Assembly (NCBI GenBank): GCA_963825905.1
Contig: CAWGUL010000008.1
Location: 12,944 to 76,943, forward strand
DNA length: 64,000 bases
From: an uncultured Chloroflexia bacterium
Lineage (GTDB): Bacteria > Chloroflexota > Limnocylindria > QHBO01
Reading direction: 5' to 3'
Shown: positions 61,227 to 64,000 of the stretch, one piece after another
Layout: every line of letters starts with the position of its first letter
Position numbering within the stretch: position 1 is the first letter of the stretch
The notes under the pieces: model-generated
What the model was told of the DNA's origin: nothing
The model's database searches: none
Seen by the model: only the letters and a program-made list of their open reading frames with translations
Translations under genes and position numbers: made by a program

Positions 61227-61644
61227 GCCGGATGACCTTCTCGACGCGGAGCTCGATCGTCACCCGGTGCTGGCCCTCGAACGTCCGCGGATCATCCTCG
61301 TAGCGCCGCGCGAGCTCCTGGATCACCGACAGGCCGCGGACCGGGTCGTCGTCGAGCTCGACGCGACCCTCGACGGTGACATAGTCGTTGCCGTCCTCGA
61401 AGCAGAGGCTGACCCGCGGGTCGCGGAGCATGTGCTTGTGCTTCAGCCGGCCAGCGCGGGTGTTCATGATGATCACGTCGTCCCGTCGCGGGTCCAGGTC
61501 GAACCAGACCACGGACTGGCTCGGCATGCCGTCGCTGCGGATGGTCGCCATCACGGGGAAGCGCGGCTCGGTGAGGAGCCAGTCACGGGTCGCGGGGTCG
61601 AGGGCGCTCGCGTGCTTGATCGTCTCTGCCAATCGGGTCTCCAT
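61219..61644 (-). CDS. PPOX-class (pyridoxamine 5'-phosphate oxidase-like) probable F420-dependent enzyme
   Basis: From ATG at 61644: FPVMATIRSDGMPSQSVVWFDLD..DDVIIMNTRAGRLKHKHMLRDPRVSLCF. Confidence 0.75.
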   Translation of the reverse strand: METRLAETIKHASALDPATRDWLLTEPRFPVMATIRSDGMPSQSVVWFDLDPRRDDVIIMNTRAGRLKHKHMLRDPRVSLCFEDGNDYVTVEGRVELDDDPVRGLSVIQELARRYEDDPRTFEGQHRVTIELRVEKVIRHD

Positions 61645-61733
61645 GCGTCGATGTGCTCTGTTTTTCGGAGCGACCATCGTATCCCGATGCGGCTGGCGGG
61701 ACCCACGGCAGGCACGGCCCGTAGACTGCGTCG

Positions 61734-62579
61734 ATGCGCATCGGCTTCAAGACGAGCCAGTCGAACGTCGACTGGCCGACCCTGCTCGCCACCTGGGAGC
61801 TCGCCGACGAGACGCCGTCGCTCGACAGTGGCTGGCTCTTTGACCACTTCGTGTCGCTCGCCGACGGCGGCCCGTGCCACGAGGCGTGGACGGTAGCGAG
61901 CGCGCTGGCGGCCCGCACGCGCCGGCTCCAACTCGGGCACCTCGTGATGAGCAACACGTACCGCCATCCGGCCCTGCTGGCGAAGATGGCGACGACCCTC
62001 GACCACGTCAGCGGCGGGCGCTTCGTGCTGGGCCTCGGCGCCGGCTGGCACGCCGAGGAGCACGCGATGTATGGCATCCCGCTGCCGCCCATCGGCGAGC
62101 GGATCACGATGCTCCGCTCGGCGACCCGCGTCATCCGCGCCCTGTTCGACGCGCCGGAGGGCGCGACGCTCGACGCGCCGCCCTACCGGCTGATCGCTGC
62201 GCGCCTGGATCCCCCGCCGCCCACGCCCGGCGGCCCGCCGATCTGGCTCGGTACGCAGGGCATCCAGCGCGGCCTGAAGATCGTGGCCCGGTACGCGGAT
62301 GGCTGGAATCACACGAACGCATTCGAGACGTTCGGGCCGAAGCGTGACGCGCTACTGCGCCACTGCGAGGCGGTGGGCCGCGACCCGGGGGAGATCGAGA
62401 TGAGCGCCCAGGTTCGGCTCGGCGACGGTGGCCACGCGGCGGCGCTGGCGGACGCGAGCCGCTATGCCGACGCCGGGGCGCAGCACGTCATCGTCATCTT
62501 CCCGGCCGCCGACGGCCCGGACGGGCTGCGGCGCGTCGTGCACGAGATCGTCGAGCCGCTCCGCGAGCACGCCGGCTGA
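61734..62579 (+). CDS. LLM-class F420-dependent oxidoreductase (second copy)
   Basis: 281 aa. FDHFVSL, NTYRHPALLAKMATTLDHVSGGRFVLGLGAGW. Confidence 0.8.
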   Translation: MRIGFKTSQSNVDWPTLLATWELADETPSLDSGWLFDHFVSLADGGPCHEAWTVASALAARTRRLQLGHLVMSNTYRHPALLAKMATTLDHVSGGRFVLGLGAGWHAEEHAMYGIPLPPIGERITMLRSATRVIRALFDAPEGATLDAPPYRLIAARLDPPPPTPGGPPIWLGTQGIQRGLKIVARYADGWNHTNAFETFGPKRDALLRHCEAVGRDPGEIEMSAQVRLGDGGHAAALADASRYADAGAQHVIVIFPAADGPDGLRRVVHEIVEPLREHAG

Positions 62580-63704
62580 ATGGCGACCGCCCAGCTGCTC
62601 AGCATCGGCAGCGAGATCCTGCTCGGCGAGACGGTCGACACGAACGCCGCCCATCTCGGCGCGGACCTCGCGCGGCTCGGCGTGCGGCTGCTGGGCGTGC
62701 GCGCGCTGCCGGACGACCGCACCGTCATCGCGGCCGCCTTCACAGCGGCTCGTGCCGAGGTGGATCTCGTCATCGCGACCGGCGGCCTCGGGCCGACCCA
62801 CGACGACCTGTCGCGCGAGGGGCTGGCCGATGCCATGGGTGAGCCGCTGACGCTCGACGTCGAGCTCGAGCGCGCGCTCCGGACCAGTTGGCGCGGGCTC
62901 GGGGTGTTTCCGGAGAGCAACCTGCGCCAGGCGTACCGCATCCCATCGGCCGAGATCCTCGCCAACCCGATCGGATCGGCATCGGGCTGGTGGGTCGACC
63001 GCGATGGGTCGGTGTGCGTCCTCCTCCCCGGCGTGCCGTCGGAGATGCGCCGCATGTGGGCGGACGAGGTCACCCCGCGCCTGTCGCGTCGCTTCACGCT
63101 GGTCCCGCTCCGCGTGCGCTCGGTGAAGACATGGGGCCTTGGCGAGTCGCGCGTCGCGGACCTGCTGCGCGACGAGCTCGAACGGCCCGGCGACGGAATC
63201 GAGGCCGGCATCTACGCCCGCGACGACGGGGTGCATCTCCGCTTTTCATGCGCCGATCCGGCCGCACCGCTCGACGCGCTCGTGGCGCGCTGCCTGGCGG
63301 CCATCGGCGACGACGCCTGGGGCACCGACGACGACGACCTCGCCACAGTGGCGCTCCGGGCGCTTGCCGCGGCCGGCGCCACGAGCGTCGCCTCGTGGGA
63401 AGCGGACACGGCCGGCGCGCTCCTCGCGATCTTGGCTGTAGCACCCGAGCTAGCGGATGCGGCGCGCTACGTCGGCGGGCTGCTCGAGGTCGACGCGGCC
63501 GCGGGCGTGCCGCTTGCCGACGCAGTGATCCAGCTCTCGCTGCTCGACCCCGGGGCGCACGGCCGCAGCCGCGTGCGGGTCGCGGTGAGCGGCACCGTGA
63601 GCATGCCGATGGTCGAGCTCTCGATCCACGGCAGCGGACCGCAGCGTCTGCGGCGGGCAGCCTACGCCGCCCTCGACACGGTGCGGCGCGCGGTCCGCAG
63701 CTGA
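62580..63704 (+). CDS. cinA: CinA-like protein (MoCF-biosynthesis domain plus a CinA C-terminal domain)
   Basis: AQLLSIGSEILLGETVDTNAAHLGADL..ATGGLGPTHDDLSRE..LLPGVPSEM. The ATG directly follows the upstream TGA. Confidence 0.8.
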   Translation: MATAQLLSIGSEILLGETVDTNAAHLGADLARLGVRLLGVRALPDDRTVIAAAFTAARAEVDLVIATGGLGPTHDDLSREGLADAMGEPLTLDVELERALRTSWRGLGVFPESNLRQAYRIPSAEILANPIGSASGWWVDRDGSVCVLLPGVPSEMRRMWADEVTPRLSRRFTLVPLRVRSVKTWGLGESRVADLLRDELERPGDGIEAGIYARDDGVHLRFSCADPAAPLDALVARCLAAIGDDAWGTDDDDLATVALRALAAAGATSVASWEADTAGALLAILAVAPELADAARYVGGLLEVDAAAGVPLADAVIQLSLLDPGAHGRSRVRVAVSGTVSMPMVELSIHGSGPQRLRRAAYAALDTVRRAVRS

Positions 63705-63758
63705 GACCGGAGCCGGCCTGATTGCAAGAAGGCGGCTCCGACGGAGCGTCTGCAATGC

Positions 63759-63792
63759 GAGAGGCCCGTCGGTCGGAACCGGCGGGCCTCTC
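63759..63792. terminator. 14-bp stem (one G-U) / 6-nt loop hairpin between convergent genes
   Basis: gagaggcccgtcgg-tcggaa-ccggcgggcctctc. No strong U-tract. Confidence 0.5.
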
Positions 63793-63815
63793 TATCTGCG
63801 ATCGGGTCGGGGCGG

Positions 63816-64000
63816 CTACTTGTTGACGTTCACCAGCATGAAGCCACCGCCCATGCTCATGATCTTCATCGTCGTCCCGGTGCGGGGGACGTTGACGCCG
63901 GACCAGCCGTTCGCGCCGCGCTGCTCGCCCGGAGCGACCCACCAGTCCATCCGATCGTCGAACTTCGAGACGCCTGCCCGAGACGGAATCGTCTGCGCCA
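63816..64000 (-). CDS. C-terminal fragment of an unidentified protein (gene continues beyond the right edge)
   Basis: My translation: ..AQTIPSRAGVSKFDDRMDWWVAPGEQRGANGWSGVNVPRTGTTMKIMSMGGGFMLVNVNK*. High GC3. Family not recognised. Confidence 0.4.
   Translation of the reverse strand, partial: AQTIPSRAGVSKFDDRMDWWVAPGEQRGANGWSGVNVPRTGTTMKIMSMGGGFMLVNVNK

Noticed and set aside
1-64000. tRNA, rRNA, riboswitch (including a cobalamin riboswitch near the B12 regulator) or transposon ends
   Set aside because: I scanned the intergenic regions longer than about 80 nt by eye (1574-1818, 2278-2487, 4890-5172, 18439-18651, 25409-25638, 36306-36389, 49981-50118, 53885-54004, 56507-56647, 63705-63815). 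I saw no cloverleaf-compatible segments, rRNA-like sequence, known riboswitch cores or terminal inverted repeats. This is a manual check only; tRNAscan-SE and Infernal would be decisive.

Overview
This is a very GC-rich (roughly 70% or more by eye), densely coding chromosomal segment. The gene content looks like an Actinomycetota-type monoderm: an F420 biosynthesis operon, PIG-L/MshB-like and two-domain GNAT/MshD-like genes, a long ICL2-type isocitrate lyase, many 4-nt ATGA/GTGA start-stop overlaps, and head-to-head genes with almost no spacer. The taxon is inferred. No search was run; all calls rest on my own reading of translations and motifs, and most start codons are approximate.

I can support about 65 protein-coding genes. 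I found no rRNA, tRNA, CRISPR array, transposase or integrase. Most of the very long ORFs in the track are antisense or alternate-frame shadows typical of high-GC DNA.

Recognisable blocks:
- a partial myo-inositol catabolic set (iolB, iolD-, iolE- and iolG-like) with a transaldolase-family gene coupled to iolB;
- acetate/glyoxylate genes (acs, LysR regulator, aceA);
- asd-hom;
- cofE-cofC-cofD with F420-dependent LLM and PPOX oxidoreductases;
- two trans-editing proteins (AlaX-like, YbaK-like);
- several regulator/transporter pairs.

The most interesting locus is 47.7-51.0 kb. A clear heliorhodopsin is translationally coupled to an SRPBCC-SDR fusion protein. It is divergently paired with a MerR/B12-binding regulator that carries the CarH/LitR photoreceptor signatures. 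This suggests a B12-photoreceptor-controlled heliorhodopsin operon.

Other notable items:
- an acidic protein with an uninterrupted (Glu-Pro)34 repeat next to a membrane-anchored PD40 beta-propeller protein, with signs that the two ORFs were once one;
- two unambiguous frame-disrupted genes, which are either pseudogenes or assembly indels;
- an unannotated 58-codon Cys/His-motif ORF abutting aceA;
- several repeated palindromes in intergenic regions.
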